This document shows, piece by piece, positions 1-9,322 of a stretch of 57,715 nt of DNA. How positions within the stretch are numbered: the stretch's first letter is position 1; every line of letters starts with the position of its first letter. The DNA is from Parcubacteria group bacterium (GTDB lineage: Bacteria > Patescibacteriota > Patescibacteriia > Patescibacteriales > GWC2-42-12). Made by a program: the position numbers and the translations under genes. Where the stretch lies: positions 1-57,715 of the forward strand of contig JACPHD010000017.1 of the NCBI GenBank assembly GCA_016188785.1, in the 5' to 3' direction. Below the pieces are notes generated by a model, which worked only from the letters and a program-made list of their open reading frames with translations, was not told the DNA's origin and did not search any database.

Positions 1-147
1 CCTTGCAGATTTAGCATTTTATTGATACATTTTTGCATAGAAGCAGTGTTAATTTTTAGCTCAGAGTTGAAAAACTCCGGTTTCAAGCTAATTTTACCAC
101 TGCTTTTTAGTTTTCCACCACACTATTTAGTGTAGAGCCAAGACTCC

Positions 148-176
148 TTGACCGTTTTTATTTCTTGTGTTAATTT
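148..176 (+). promoter_or_regulatory. sigma70-type promoter for the str operon
   Basis: TTGACC (148-153), 17 bp, TAATTT (171-176), with an extended -10 TG at 168-169; ~60 bp upstream of the rpsL ATG. Confidence 0.55.
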
Positions 177-234
177 AAAATAAGTAATTAAATTTATTTA
201 TAATCCCGAATATTCGGGTTTGTTTTTTTTCACT

Positions 235-651
235 ATGCCAACCATCAATCAATTAGTCCGCAAGGGCCGGCAAACTTCTAAAATTAAATCTAAGTCGCCA
301 GCCTTGCAATCAACGCTGGACACTTTGCACCGAAAAAGAACCGAATTAGCCAAAGGCGCTCCGTTTAAGCGCGGCGTTTGTTTAAAAGTGACTACCACCA
401 CGCCGAAAAAGCCAAATTCGGCTTTAAGAAAAATCGCCCGCGTCAGGCTATCCAACGGCATGGAAGTGACGGCTTACATTCCGGGCATTGGCCATAATTT
501 GCAGGAGCACTCTATTGTTTTGCTTAAAGGTGGCCGGACTAAAGATCTGCCGGGCGTAAGGTATAAAATCATCCGCGGCGTTTACGATACCCAGGGAGTA
601 GAAAATAGAAGGCAGTCAAGGAGCAGATATGGGGCTAAGACTCCTAAATAA
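235..651 (+). CDS. rpsL: 30S ribosomal protein S12
   Basis: [10 protein letters not shown] start (ATG 235 preferred over TTG 220); [10 protein letters not shown] and DLPGVRY motifs. Confidence 0.99.
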   Translation: MPTINQLVRKGRQTSKIKSKSPALQSTLDTLHRKRTELAKGAPFKRGVCLKVTTTTPKKPNSALRKIARVRLSNGMEVTAYIPGIGHNLQEHSIVLLKGGRTKDLPGVRYKIIRGVYDTQGVENRRQSRSRYGAKTPK

Positions 652-721
652 TCAATTAACAATTAACAATTACAAATCACGAATTAAAATTGATAATTGA
701 TAATTCGTAATTGATAATTGA
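652..721. repeat. heptamer-repeat hairpin (CAATTAA/CAATTAC arm vs. AATTGAT/AATTCGT arm)
   Basis: 7-nt periodic arms in inverted orientation fill the rpsL-rpsG spacer. Confidence 0.8.
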
Positions 722-727
722 CTTTAT

Positions 728-1195
728 ATGCGAGGAAAACCAGTCTCCAAAAGAAAAATCGCGTCGGACGCCAGATATAATGACGCAGACATTGCCAAGT
801 TCATCAATTACATAATGGAACGGGGTAAAAAGACCGTGGCGCAAAAAATTGTCTATGGCTGTTTTGATATTATTAAAGAAGTTTCCAAGCAGGACCCGCG
901 GCATGTTTTTAATAAAGCCTTAAAGCAGGTCAGTCCTTTACTGGAAATTCGTGGCCGCCGTATCGGCGGCGCCAATTATCAGATTCCGTTTCAAGTCAGG
1001 GGCGAACGGCGTTTTAATTTAGGTTGCCGCTGGATTATCAACGCGGCCCGGGTGCGGAAAGGCAAGCCTATGGCGGAAAAATTAGCGGCCGAAATTCTGG
1101 ACGCGGCCAAAGGCGAGGGCGCGGCCGTGAAAAAGCGGGCTGAAGTGCACCGCATGGCCGAAGCCAATAAGGCGTTTGCTTATTTTGCTAGATAA
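728..1195 (+). CDS. rpsG: 30S ribosomal protein S7
   Basis: RRIGGANYQIP and HRMAEANKAFA motifs; follows rpsL. Confidence 0.99.
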   Translation: MRGKPVSKRKIASDARYNDADIAKFINYIMERGKKTVAQKIVYGCFDIIKEVSKQDPRHVFNKALKQVSPLLEIRGRRIGGANYQIPFQVRGERRFNLGCRWIINAARVRKGKPMAEKLAAEILDAAKGEGAAVKKRAEVHRMAEANKAFAYFAR

Positions 1196-1676
1196 TACGA
1201 ATTACGAATTTAGTACGAATTTACGAATAATTTTAATATGCAAGGAGGTGAAGATAAGATTGTTTATAGAGAACAGAGTTATATTGTAATAGGAATAGTT
1301 TTTGAGGTATTTAATAATTTAGGATTTGGCTATCAAGAGAAAATTTATCAAAAAGCGTTGGAAGCGGCGTTTGCTAAAGCTGGTATAGCATTTAAAGCCC
1401 AAAGTCCTTATGCAGTTTGTTATAAAGGTAATATTGTTGGTAGATATTTTGTTGATTTTATAATTGATAATAAAATTGTCATAGAAATTAAGCAAGGCAA
1501 TCATTTTTCAAAAAAATATTTTAATCAAGTTAATTCATATTTAAAAGTGACCAAGTTAAAATTGGCGATTTTAATTAATTTTACTTCTAAGGGTATAAAA
1601 TTCAAAAGGCTGGTAAATATAATCTAAAGACAGTAATTCAGTATTCGTAAATTCGTAAAAGATTCGTAATTAGTAT
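1195..1676 (+). mobile_element. inverted-repeat-flanked GxxExxY cassette
   Basis: 35-bp arms at 1195-1229 and 1642-1676 (31/35 complementary) enclose one nuclease-like gene between rpsG and fusA. Confidence 0.7.
1238..1627 (+). CDS. GxxExxY protein (PD-(D/E)XK nuclease-like)
   Basis: LGFGYQEKIY matches GxxExxY; VDFIIDNKIVIEIK catalytic-like D..ExK; QVNSYLK and ILINF C-terminal motifs. Confidence 0.93.
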   Translation: MQGGEDKIVYREQSYIVIGIVFEVFNNLGFGYQEKIYQKALEAAFAKAGIAFKAQSPYAVCYKGNIVGRYFVDFIIDNKIVIEIKQGNHFSKKYFNQVNSYLKVTKLKLAILINFTSKGIKFKRLVNII

Positions 1677-1682
1677 CATTTT

Positions 1683-3761
1683 ATGAGAGAATATAGTTTA
1701 GAAAAGACACGTAACATCGGCATTATCGCCCATATTGACGCGGGGAAAACTACGGTTTCCGAGCGGATTCTTTTTTATACCGGTAAAAAGCATAAAATCG
1801 GCGAAGTGCACGAAGGCGCGGCTGAAATGGACTGGATGGAACAGGAACGGGAACGCGGCATTACTATAACCAGCGCGGCCACGACTTGCTTTTGGAAGGA
1901 CTGCCGCATTAACCTGATTGATACGCCCGGACATGTTGACTTTACGGCCGAAGTGGAACGTTCGCTAAGGGTGCTGGACGGCGGCGTGGTGGTGTTTGAC
2001 GGCGTGGCCGGCGTTGAGCCGCAATCAGAAACCGTCTGGCATCAGGCGGATAAATACAACGTGCCCCGTATCGCTTTTATCAATAAAATGGATCGGACCG
2101 GCGCGAATTTTTACGCTGATTTAGATTCAATTTATAAAAGACTGACTAAACAGGCTCAGCCGATTCAATTGCCCATCGGCGCTGAAGATCAGTTTAAGGG
2201 TATTATTGATTTGTTTGAAAGAAAGGCGCGTTTTTTTCTGGACGAACTGGGCACTAAATGGGAAGATCGCGAGATTCCGGACGATCTAAAAGCCAAGGCT
2301 GAAGAATACCGGGCTAAATTAGTTGAAGCCATCGCCGATAATGATGAAACTTTAATGAATAAATATCTGGCCGGCGAGAATATTGAACTGGCTGATCTAA
2401 AAAGAGTTTTGCGCCAAGCCGTTAATAATAATAAAATTGTGCCGGTGCTTTGCGGCAGCGCTTTAAAAAATAAAGGCGTGCAATCTTTATTAGACGCGGT
2501 AGTTGATTACTTGCCCTCGCCCTTGGACAAGCCGGTTATTACCGGCTTTGATCCTGACGATAAAGAAAAAGTCATAGAAGTTAAGCCGTCTGACACTGAA
2601 CCGTTCGCGGCTTTAGCTTTTAAAATCGCCACCGACCCATACGTGGGTAAGCTGTGTTTTATTAGAGTCTACGGCGGAGTTTTACAATCAGGCTCTTATG
2701 TTTTAAATACCACTACCGGCAATCGGGAAAGAATTGGCCGCATCGTCAGGATGCACGCCAATCATCGCGAAGAAGTCCAGGAGGTGTATGCCGGAGAAAT
2801 CGCGGCTGTTATTGGCTTAAAAGGCACGACCACGGGCAATACTTTGTGCGATGAAAACCGGCCGGTGGTTTTAGAATCAATCATTTTTCCGGAAACGGTT
2901 ATTTCCATCGCCATTGAACCAAAGACTAAAGCCGATCAGGAAAAAATGGGTTTGGCTTTAGCCAAATTAGCCGAAGAAGATCCGACTTTCAGGGTTCGAA
3001 GCGATCAAGAAACCATGCAGACGATTATCGCCGGTATGGGCGAGCTTCATTTAGACATTATCGTTGACCGCATGAAGCGCGAATTTAAAGTTGAAGCTAA
3101 TGTCGGCAAGCCGCAGGTGGCTTACCGCGAAACCATTAAACAGGCGGCCGAAGCCGAGGGAAAATATATTAAACAATCGGGCGGTCGTGGCCAGTACGGC
3201 CATTGCTGGTTAAGAGTGGAGCCCAATGAGGCCGGTCAAGGTTTTGAATTTTTAGATGAAGTTAAAGGCGGAACGATTCCGCGCGAATACATACCGGCCG
3301 TTGAGAAAGGCGTTAAAGAAGCTTTGGACAAGGGCATTTTAGCCGGCTACCCCATAGTTGACATTAAAGTGGCCGTGCTGGACGGCTCTTACCATGAAGT
3401 TGATTCTTCGGAAGCGGCTTTTAAAATCGCTGGTTCCATAGCTTTTAAACAAGCCTGCCGCAAGGCCGAGCCGGTTATTTTAGAACCGATTATGAAAGTT
3501 GAAGCCGTGACACCGGAAGAATTTATGGGCGAAGTGATCGGCGACCTTAATGCCAAAAGAGCGCAAATTGAAGAAATGGGCGATCGCGCCAATATTAAGT
3601 TTATCAAAGCTAAAGTTCCGTTGGCCGCCATGTTCGGTTATGCCACGCAACTGCGGTCAATGACCCAGGGCCGGGCCAGCTACAGTATGGAATTCGCTTA
3701 TTATGCCGAAGTGCCCAGGCACGTGGCCGAAGAGATTGTTGGAGGAAAAGAAAAAAAGTAA
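1683..3761 (+). CDS. fusA: elongation factor G
   Basis: [21 protein letters not shown] motifs; 692 aa. Confidence 0.99.
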   Translation: MREYSLEKTRNIGIIAHIDAGKTTVSERILFYTGKKHKIGEVHEGAAEMDWMEQERERGITITSAATTCFWKDCRINLIDTPGHVDFTAEVERSLRVLDGGVVVFDGVAGVEPQSETVWHQADKYNVPRIAFINKMDRTGANFYADLDSIYKRLTKQAQPIQLPIGAEDQFKGIIDLFERKARFFLDELGTKWEDREIPDDLKAKAEEYRAKLVEAIADNDETLMNKYLAGENIELADLKRVLRQAVNNNKIVPVLCGSALKNKGVQSLLDAVVDYLPSPLDKPVITGFDPDDKEKVIEVKPSDTEPFAALAFKIATDPYVGKLCFIRVYGGVLQSGSYVLNTTTGNRERIGRIVRMHANHREEVQEVYAGEIAAVIGLKGTTTGNTLCDENRPVVLESIIFPETVISIAIEPKTKADQEKMGLALAKLAEEDPTFRVRSDQETMQTIIAGMGELHLDIIVDRMKREFKVEANVGKPQVAYRETIKQAAEAEGKYIKQSGGRGQYGHCWLRVEPNEAGQGFEFLDEVKGGTIPREYIPAVEKGVKEALDKGILAGYPIVDIKVAVLDGSYHEVDSSEAAFKIAGSIAFKQACRKAEPVILEPIMKVEAVTPEEFMGEVIGDLNAKRAQIEEMGDRANIKFIKAKVPLAAMFGYATQLRSMTQGRASYSMEFAYYAEVPRHVAEEIVGGKEKK

Positions 3762-3948
3762 ATAATACGAATTACGAATTTATTACGAATTTACGAATTC
3801 TGAAAAAAACATTTTGTTCATTATTCGTAAATTCGTACAGGATTCGTAATTTGTATTATTGTTTGACTTTTTGTTCAGGAGAAAATATAATATAAATATC
3901 AGCAATAATGAATTATTCGTAAATTCGTAATAAATTCGTAATTCGTAT
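3761..3948. repeat. empty TACGAAT inverted repeat plus an extra right arm
   Basis: left arm 3765-3798; right arms 3822-3856 (imperfect) and 3915-3948 (exact complement); same family as the GxxExxY flanks. Confidence 0.9.
3863..3891 (+). promoter_or_regulatory. sigma70 promoter
   Basis: TTGACT, 17 bp, TATAAT. Confidence 0.75.
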
Positions 3949-3952
3949 TCAT

Positions 3953-4357
3953 ATGCAGGATCAATTGCAAAAAGCCATTAACTTAGCCAAAAAAACCGGC
4001 GACAAATTGATTGTTTTTGACAGCGCCAAGCCGGACAATGTGTTTGTTGTTTTGTCTTTAAAAGACTATGAAAATTTGGTTTTAGGCAAGAGCGAAGTAA
4101 GAGGCTTGACAGAAGACGGCTTACTTGATAAAATAAATCGCGATATAGCTATCTGGAAAAGCGATCAGGCGGAAGAGGAAAATATCAGCGCCATTCCTGA
4201 TTATTTTAGGGAATTGCCGGTCAAAGAAGAAGAAGACTCTGAAAAAATCATGATGGCCAGAGCCGGTAAAAGCTGGTCAATTCCTTCAAGAAGAAAGATA
4301 AATGCCGAAGAAATCATTGAAGAAGACCGCCAGTATTTGGAAGAATTGGCGTTTTAA
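3953..4357 (+). CDS. acidic hypothetical protein upstream of tuf
   Basis: 134-aa ORF with its own promoter; contains LTEDGLLDKINRDIAIW. Confidence 0.8.
   Translation: MQDQLQKAINLAKKTGDKLIVFDSAKPDNVFVVLSLKDYENLVLGKSEVRGLTEDGLLDKINRDIAIWKSDQAEEENISAIPDYFRELPVKEEEDSEKIMMARAGKSWSIPSRRKINAEEIIEEDRQYLEELAF
4106..4134 (+). promoter_or_regulatory. intragenic near-consensus sigma70 promoter
   Basis: TTGACA (4106-4111), 17 bp, TAAAAT (4129-4134), with extended -10 TG. Confidence 0.65.
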
Positions 4358-4408
4358 TAAAAAGGGATACGAATTTACTAATAATTTTTAATTTTATTTT
4401 TTAATTTT

Positions 4409-4963
4409 ATGGAAAACAAAAATGAAATGTTAATTGACCCAAATTTAAAAGAGAAAATTAACCAAGAAGGATTTGAAGAAAATGCGGCGGTGTTAATTGG
4501 AAATAAAGAGGAGATGCCGCAGATGCAGGAACGGCTGGAACAAGAAGGCCGAGCCGAAAATTTAGGAAGTTACATAAGGATGCACAAAAGTATAACTGTG
4601 CCAAAAGAAAAAATAGATAAGCATAGTATAAACGAATCGCATAAAGGTCAATCAACGATATATTGGAAATTTGATAATATTACGCTCTTTTATTTTATTG
4701 ATAAAGAAGGTAATATCGCAGAGGTTATTATTGATCCGACTAAAATTTCTTCAATGGCGAGAGCTGTCTTTAAAAGAAAAGACGGTTCTAATATAATTGA
4801 CGTTCCTACATATCGCAAGCAATTGGAGACAGAATTAAAAGAATTAGGTTTTAAGGAATTAGATGGAGAAGCGCATAAGGCTATGTTATTCGCGATACAG
4901 GAGGAATATGAAAATAAAATGAAACAGCAAAAAGAACGAAAAGAAAACGAATTTGATTTTTAA
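4409..4963 (+). CDS. hypothetical protein
   Basis: 184-aa low-GC ORF, no recognised motif. Confidence 0.65.
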   Translation: MENKNEMLIDPNLKEKINQEGFEENAAVLIGNKEEMPQMQERLEQEGRAENLGSYIRMHKSITVPKEKIDKHSINESHKGQSTIYWKFDNITLFYFIDKEGNIAEVIIDPTKISSMARAVFKRKDGSNIIDVPTYRKQLETELKELGFKELDGEAHKAMLFAIQEEYENKMKQQKERKENEFDF

Positions 4964-4976
4964 GTTGAAATAAATA

Positions 4977-5028
4977 ATAAATTTAATATAAAGACGGCTG
5001 GACGCCCATCATTAATTAACCGGGCAAA
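4977..5028 (+). repeat. direct repeat, copy 1, left of the HEPN-MNT module
   Basis: ATAAAGACGGCTGGACGCCCATCATT--AATTAACCGGGCAAA, repeated at 5771-5825. Confidence 0.9.
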
Positions 5029-5053
5029 TAGAGGTAGGCAGAACAATAAACCA

Positions 5054-5446
5054 ATGGGGATTGATTTTAAAAATTTAATAAAATACTGGAAAGAATTGTC
5101 GGAATATGATTTTGAGACAGCAAAATTTATGTTTAAGACCAAGCGATATCCTTATTGCTTGTTTATGTGCCATTTATCAATTGAAAAATTGTTAAAAGCG
5201 CTAATCGTGAAATTAAAGAAACGGCACGCGCCTTATTCGCACAACCTCGTTAATTTAGCCAAAGAAACCGGATTAAATTTTAAAGAAGAAGATAAAATGC
5301 TATTAGCTGATTTAACGGAATTTAATTTAGAAGCCAGGTATCCTGAATGGCAGAAAGAATTTTACAAAAAGTGTTCAAAGATTTATACAGAAAATTATTT
5401 TAATGAAACTAAAAAATTACATCAATGGCTAAAAAAACATCTTTAG
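5054..5446 (+). CDS. HEPN domain protein
   Basis: YDFETAK...CLFMCHLSIEKLLKAL...HNL...ARYP pattern; overlaps the MNT gene. Confidence 0.88.
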   Translation: MGIDFKNLIKYWKELSEYDFETAKFMFKTKRYPYCLFMCHLSIEKLLKALIVKLKKRHAPYSHNLVNLAKETGLNFKEEDKMLLADLTEFNLEARYPEWQKEFYKKCSKIYTENYFNETKKLHQWLKKHL

Positions 5447-5763
5447 AACATATAGAGAGTACAGTTAAAGAATATGCAAATCTTTTAAGGGCTGACGGCA
5501 TTGATATTAAAAAAATTTTATTATACGGTTCTTATGCCAAAAGAAAGCAAAAAAAAGACAGCGATATTGATAGTTGCATTATTTCAGATAGATTCGGCAA
5601 GAATCCAACGGAAGAAGGAAAATATTTTTTTAGAAAATTATGGTTAATGAAAAATGCGAATATTGAACCAATCGGTTATTCTCCCAATTATTTTTATAAT
5701 GAAAATAATTGGTCGCCGCTTATAGATGAAATTAAAAAAACTGGCATAGAATTAAAAGTATAA
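5425..5763 (+). CDS. minimal nucleotidyltransferase (MNT)
   Basis: LYGSYAK...DSDID (GS-x10-DxD) motif. Confidence 0.88.
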   Translation: MAKKTSLEHIESTVKEYANLLRADGIDIKKILLYGSYAKRKQKKDSDIDSCIISDRFGKNPTEEGKYFFRKLWLMKNANIEPIGYSPNYFYNENNWSPLIDEIKKTGIELKV

Positions 5764-5770
5764 TTAAATT

Positions 5771-5825
5771 ATAAATTTAATAATAAAGACGGCTGGACGC
5801 CCATCATTTTAATTAACCGGGCAAA
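5771..5825 (+). repeat. direct repeat, copy 2, in the tuf leader
   Basis: near-identical to 4977-5028 apart from small indels. Confidence 0.9.
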
Positions 5826-5826
5826 A

Positions 5827-5855
5827 ACCCCCCACCAACTTGTAGGTGGGGGGGT
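5827..5855. other. GC-rich hairpin just upstream of tuf
   Basis: CCCCCCACC-aacttgta-GGTGGGGGG. Confidence 0.7.
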
Positions 5856-5873
5856 CGTTTAAGCAATACACAT

Positions 5874-7061
5874 ATGGCAGAAAAATTTGAACGAACAAAA
5901 CCCCATGTCAATGTGGGAACAATCGGCCATGTTGATCATGGCAAAACAACCTTGACGGCCGCGATGTTAGCGGTCTTAAAAAGCAAGGGTTTTAGAGCGT
6001 CGGAAAAAAGCGTTGATCAGATTGACGCGGCGCCGGAAGAAAAGGCTCGCGGCATTACCATTGCCACCTGCCACGTTGAGTATGAAACTGAAAAAAGGCA
6101 TTATGCCCACGTTGATTGTCCCGGACACGCTGATTATGTTAAAAATATGATTACCGGCGCGGCCCAAATGGACGGCGCCATATTAGTGGTCGCGGCCACG
6201 GATGGGCCCATGCCCCAAACCAGAGAGCATATTTTACTCGCCCGGCAAGTCGGCGTGCCTTATATCGTGGTTTTTTTGAATAAATGCGATATGGTTGAAG
6301 ATAAAGAATTAATTGATTTAGTAGAAGAAGAAATTCGCGACTTATTAAAAAAATATGAATTCCCTGGCGATACCACGCCGATTATCAGGGGTTCGGCCTT
6401 AAAGGCTTTAGAAAATCCTAGCGGCGAATCTGGCCAGGCGATTTTAGATTTGACCAAAGCCTTAGATGATTATATTCCTGAACCTAAACGGGATACTGAT
6501 AAGCCGTTTTTAATGCCAGTGGAAGATATTTTTTCCATTGAAGGGCGCGGCACGGTGGTTACCGGCCGCATTGAACGAGGCGTGATTAAAATCAATGAAG
6601 AAGTGGAAATAATCGGTTTGCGCGATACGCAAAAAACCGTGATTACCGGCATTGAAATGTTTAATAAATCTTTAGACGAAGGCCGAGCCGGAGATAATGC
6701 CGGCTTATTGCTACGCGGCACTAAAAAGGATGAGGTTGAAAGAGGCCAGGTTTTGGCCAAGCACGGCACGGTCACTCCGCACGCTGAATTTGAAGGCGAA
6801 GTTTTTGTTTTAACTAAAGAAGAGGGCGGCCGGCACAAGCCATTTTTTAAAGGCTATAAGCCGCAGTTTTATATCCGCACGACTGATGTTACCGGCGAAG
6901 TTGAATTGCCGGAAGGCACCGAGATGGTTATGCCCGGCGACACGGTAAATTTGAAAATTAAATTGATTTCTTCGGTGGCCCTGGAAGAAAAGCAAAGATT
7001 CGCTATCCGCGAAGGCGGCCGCACCGTGGGCGCCGGCGTGGTCACTAAAATTGTTAAGTAA
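5874..7061 (+). CDS. tuf: elongation factor Tu
   Basis: [21 protein letters not shown] motifs. Confidence 0.99.
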   Translation: MAEKFERTKPHVNVGTIGHVDHGKTTLTAAMLAVLKSKGFRASEKSVDQIDAAPEEKARGITIATCHVEYETEKRHYAHVDCPGHADYVKNMITGAAQMDGAILVVAATDGPMPQTREHILLARQVGVPYIVVFLNKCDMVEDKELIDLVEEEIRDLLKKYEFPGDTTPIIRGSALKALENPSGESGQAILDLTKALDDYIPEPKRDTDKPFLMPVEDIFSIEGRGTVVTGRIERGVIKINEEVEIIGLRDTQKTVITGIEMFNKSLDEGRAGDNAGLLLRGTKKDEVERGQVLAKHGTVTPHAEFEGEVFVLTKEEGGRHKPFFKGYKPQFYIRTTDVTGEVELPEGTEMVMPGDTVNLKIKLISSVALEEKQRFAIREGGRTVGAGVVTKIVK

Positions 7062-7183
7062 GCCCTGCTACAGAACTCACACTCCAAAATCGGACTCTCC
7101 ATTAAAGCCGAACAGGGAGTAATTAAATTTATTAGTGTTTAAATATTTTTAAACATTAAAATATTTAAAATAATCAAAAAAAT

Positions 7184-8710
7184 ATGAGTAAAAAGAAAAT
7201 GAGTAAAAAAGTATTGTTTTTATCAGTTGTGTTAATAATTGGCGTTAGCGTTAATTTTTTCGTTGGAGTCAAATCTGGATTTGCCGTTGAAAGCAGCGAA
7301 AGACCGGATTTAACAGTTAGTGATATTAGAATAATCCCTAAAATTGAAGATCCTTACGGCAGATATCAAATCGGCGTAAAAATAAAAAATATAGGAAATG
7401 TCGAGGCAAACTTAAATGGTATTTTGAGTCTTGTATATGGCACGAATTACGTAGATATTAGACAATGCGTAATGGTTAGCTGTAGAGGAATTGCTAATAT
7501 TTATAATGCGGTGATGAATATGAATTCTTTGGGTAAAAATTCGTTGGCGGCGGGCGAAGAATATGAAATTATTTTTAATAAACAAAATTATCTATTAGAT
7601 GATATTGAACTTGAAAATGGCATTGAATATACTTTCAAAGCGATAGTTGATGATAGAAATCAAATAGAGGAAGTGAACGAAGATAATAATATTTTGACTA
7701 AAATGATGACTATTGGCAGTTTATCGACTACGTCCTCTGATGATTGGAAAACGTATATAAATAATTTTAAATATTCGGCGGCTATAAATGATCAGCACGT
7801 TGATACACAAATTGAATTTGATATGGTTAATGCGGGTGATAGCCAGGCCGGATTTTATTTATCTGCTTGGAATAATACTACTAATTACCCGCTTAAAACG
7901 GAACAGTATAGTTTGTCTCCAGGCCAATCGGTCCATGTTTTTTTGATGAATGTTAATAATATTAGCCGTTTGAATATTGGCAACAACAGCATTAGCATTC
8001 GGCTGGTTTCCTTAGATAGTCTGGTGGTTTATAATGAACAATATTTTACAGTTATTAGGGAGCAAGCTAATAACATCGCTTCAATTATCCCCGCCATTTC
8101 GTCAACCCAACAAATTTCGGACATAAACGAAAAATCAAAATTGTTATCCAGTGATAAGTTTAACCAGATTTTAGTCGAGCTAAAACAACTCCGCAATACT
8201 ATTAAAGAACAGCAAAATGAAATAAAATATTTAAAGTCAATGGTCAATGATTTAAAAGATGTATCAGATAAGATGAAAAGCGCAATCAATGATTTTATTA
8301 CTTACGGCGTTGATGCCAATACGGTAAAATTAGGCGCGGGCGAAAGAGCGGCCGTGATTAATTCCTATAAGTCAGCCTTTGACAAACTGCCGGAAACCGA
8401 AGCCGAATTAACTGATACTATTAAAATAGCCAATGGCCGTTTTCCGTCTTTAATCAGCGATAAAGCGGAAAAACAAGCTAAAGAGCAATTTGTTAAAATA
8501 TACAAGAGAGTTGCGGATATAAATGATGATAAAGATAACGCCGCTATTAAAGTTATGGCTTACGGACTAAGGCAGAAAGCGGAAAACAGAAATTTAAACA
8601 GCGAAAGAGCCGGCATTAAGATTTTTAAAGCTATTTACGGCCATGCGCCAAAAACTACCGAGGACTGGAACACTATGCAAGCCATTACTTATTCAGGCGC
8701 GGCCCGGTAG
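7184..8710 (+). CDS. secreted protein: CARDB domain, coiled coil and a C-terminal domain of unknown function
   Basis: signal peptide; PDLTVSDI...IKNIG...VDDRNQIEEVNEDNN CARDB pattern. Confidence 0.8.
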   Translation: MSKKKMSKKVLFLSVVLIIGVSVNFFVGVKSGFAVESSERPDLTVSDIRIIPKIEDPYGRYQIGVKIKNIGNVEANLNGILSLVYGTNYVDIRQCVMVSCRGIANIYNAVMNMNSLGKNSLAAGEEYEIIFNKQNYLLDDIELENGIEYTFKAIVDDRNQIEEVNEDNNILTKMMTIGSLSTTSSDDWKTYINNFKYSAAINDQHVDTQIEFDMVNAGDSQAGFYLSAWNNTTNYPLKTEQYSLSPGQSVHVFLMNVNNISRLNIGNNSISIRLVSLDSLVVYNEQYFTVIREQANNIASIIPAISSTQQISDINEKSKLLSSDKFNQILVELKQLRNTIKEQQNEIKYLKSMVNDLKDVSDKMKSAINDFITYGVDANTVKLGAGERAAVINSYKSAFDKLPETEAELTDTIKIANGRFPSLISDKAEKQAKEQFVKIYKRVADINDDKDNAAIKVMAYGLRQKAENRNLNSERAGIKIFKAIYGHAPKTTEDWNTMQAITYSGAAR

Positions 8711-8746
8711 AGGGGATTATATATTTAATTTTAAAATTTAAGCAAC

Positions 8747-9097
8747 ATGAGCGAAACTAAAGACAAAGTAGAGGCAAAAACTAATGAAGATTCTAAACAA
8801 AGAATCCGCATTAAGATTAAGTCTTTTGATCATAAGATTATTGACCAATCAACCAAAAATATTATAGATACGGCCACGAGAACCGGCGCGCAGATTTACG
8901 GGCCCATTCCTTTGCCCACGGAAAAGAAAAAATACACGGTTAATAGCTCAACCTTTGTGCATAAAGATTCCCGGGATCAGTATGAGATTAGAATTCATAA
9001 AAGATTGGTAGATATTATTGAGCCCACGGCTAAAACCATAGAATCTTTAACCAACCTCGGCCTGCCGGCCGGAGTTGACGTAGAAATAAAAATGTGA
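8747..9097 (+). CDS. rpsJ: 30S ribosomal protein S10
   Basis: [28 protein letters not shown]. Confidence 0.99.
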   Translation: MSETKDKVEAKTNEDSKQRIRIKIKSFDHKIIDQSTKNIIDTATRTGAQIYGPIPLPTEKKKYTVNSSTFVHKDSRDQYEIRIHKRLVDIIEPTAKTIESLTNLGLPAGVDVEIKM

Positions 9098-9322
9098 AAT
9101 ACTAATCTAAGCGGATGTGTATCAGTAGTTTATTTTATATATTTATATCAAGGATTGTTCAAATAACTCCCTAAAGGGGAAAGTGTTTAAATAAAAATTG
9201 ATGTAGCAGGAGATTTTAACAGGCCAAATTAAATTCTAAATTTAGAAATTAATTTTACTTTAACCGCCCGGGGCGGTTTTAAACTGGTTTGTTGAAAAAA
9301 CCGGTTTTTGTTTTATAAAAGT

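Noticed and set aside
205-218. Perfect 14-bp palindrome CCCGAATATTCGGG before rpsL as an operator or terminator
   Set aside because: Single occurrence and no function can be assigned, although a T run follows it
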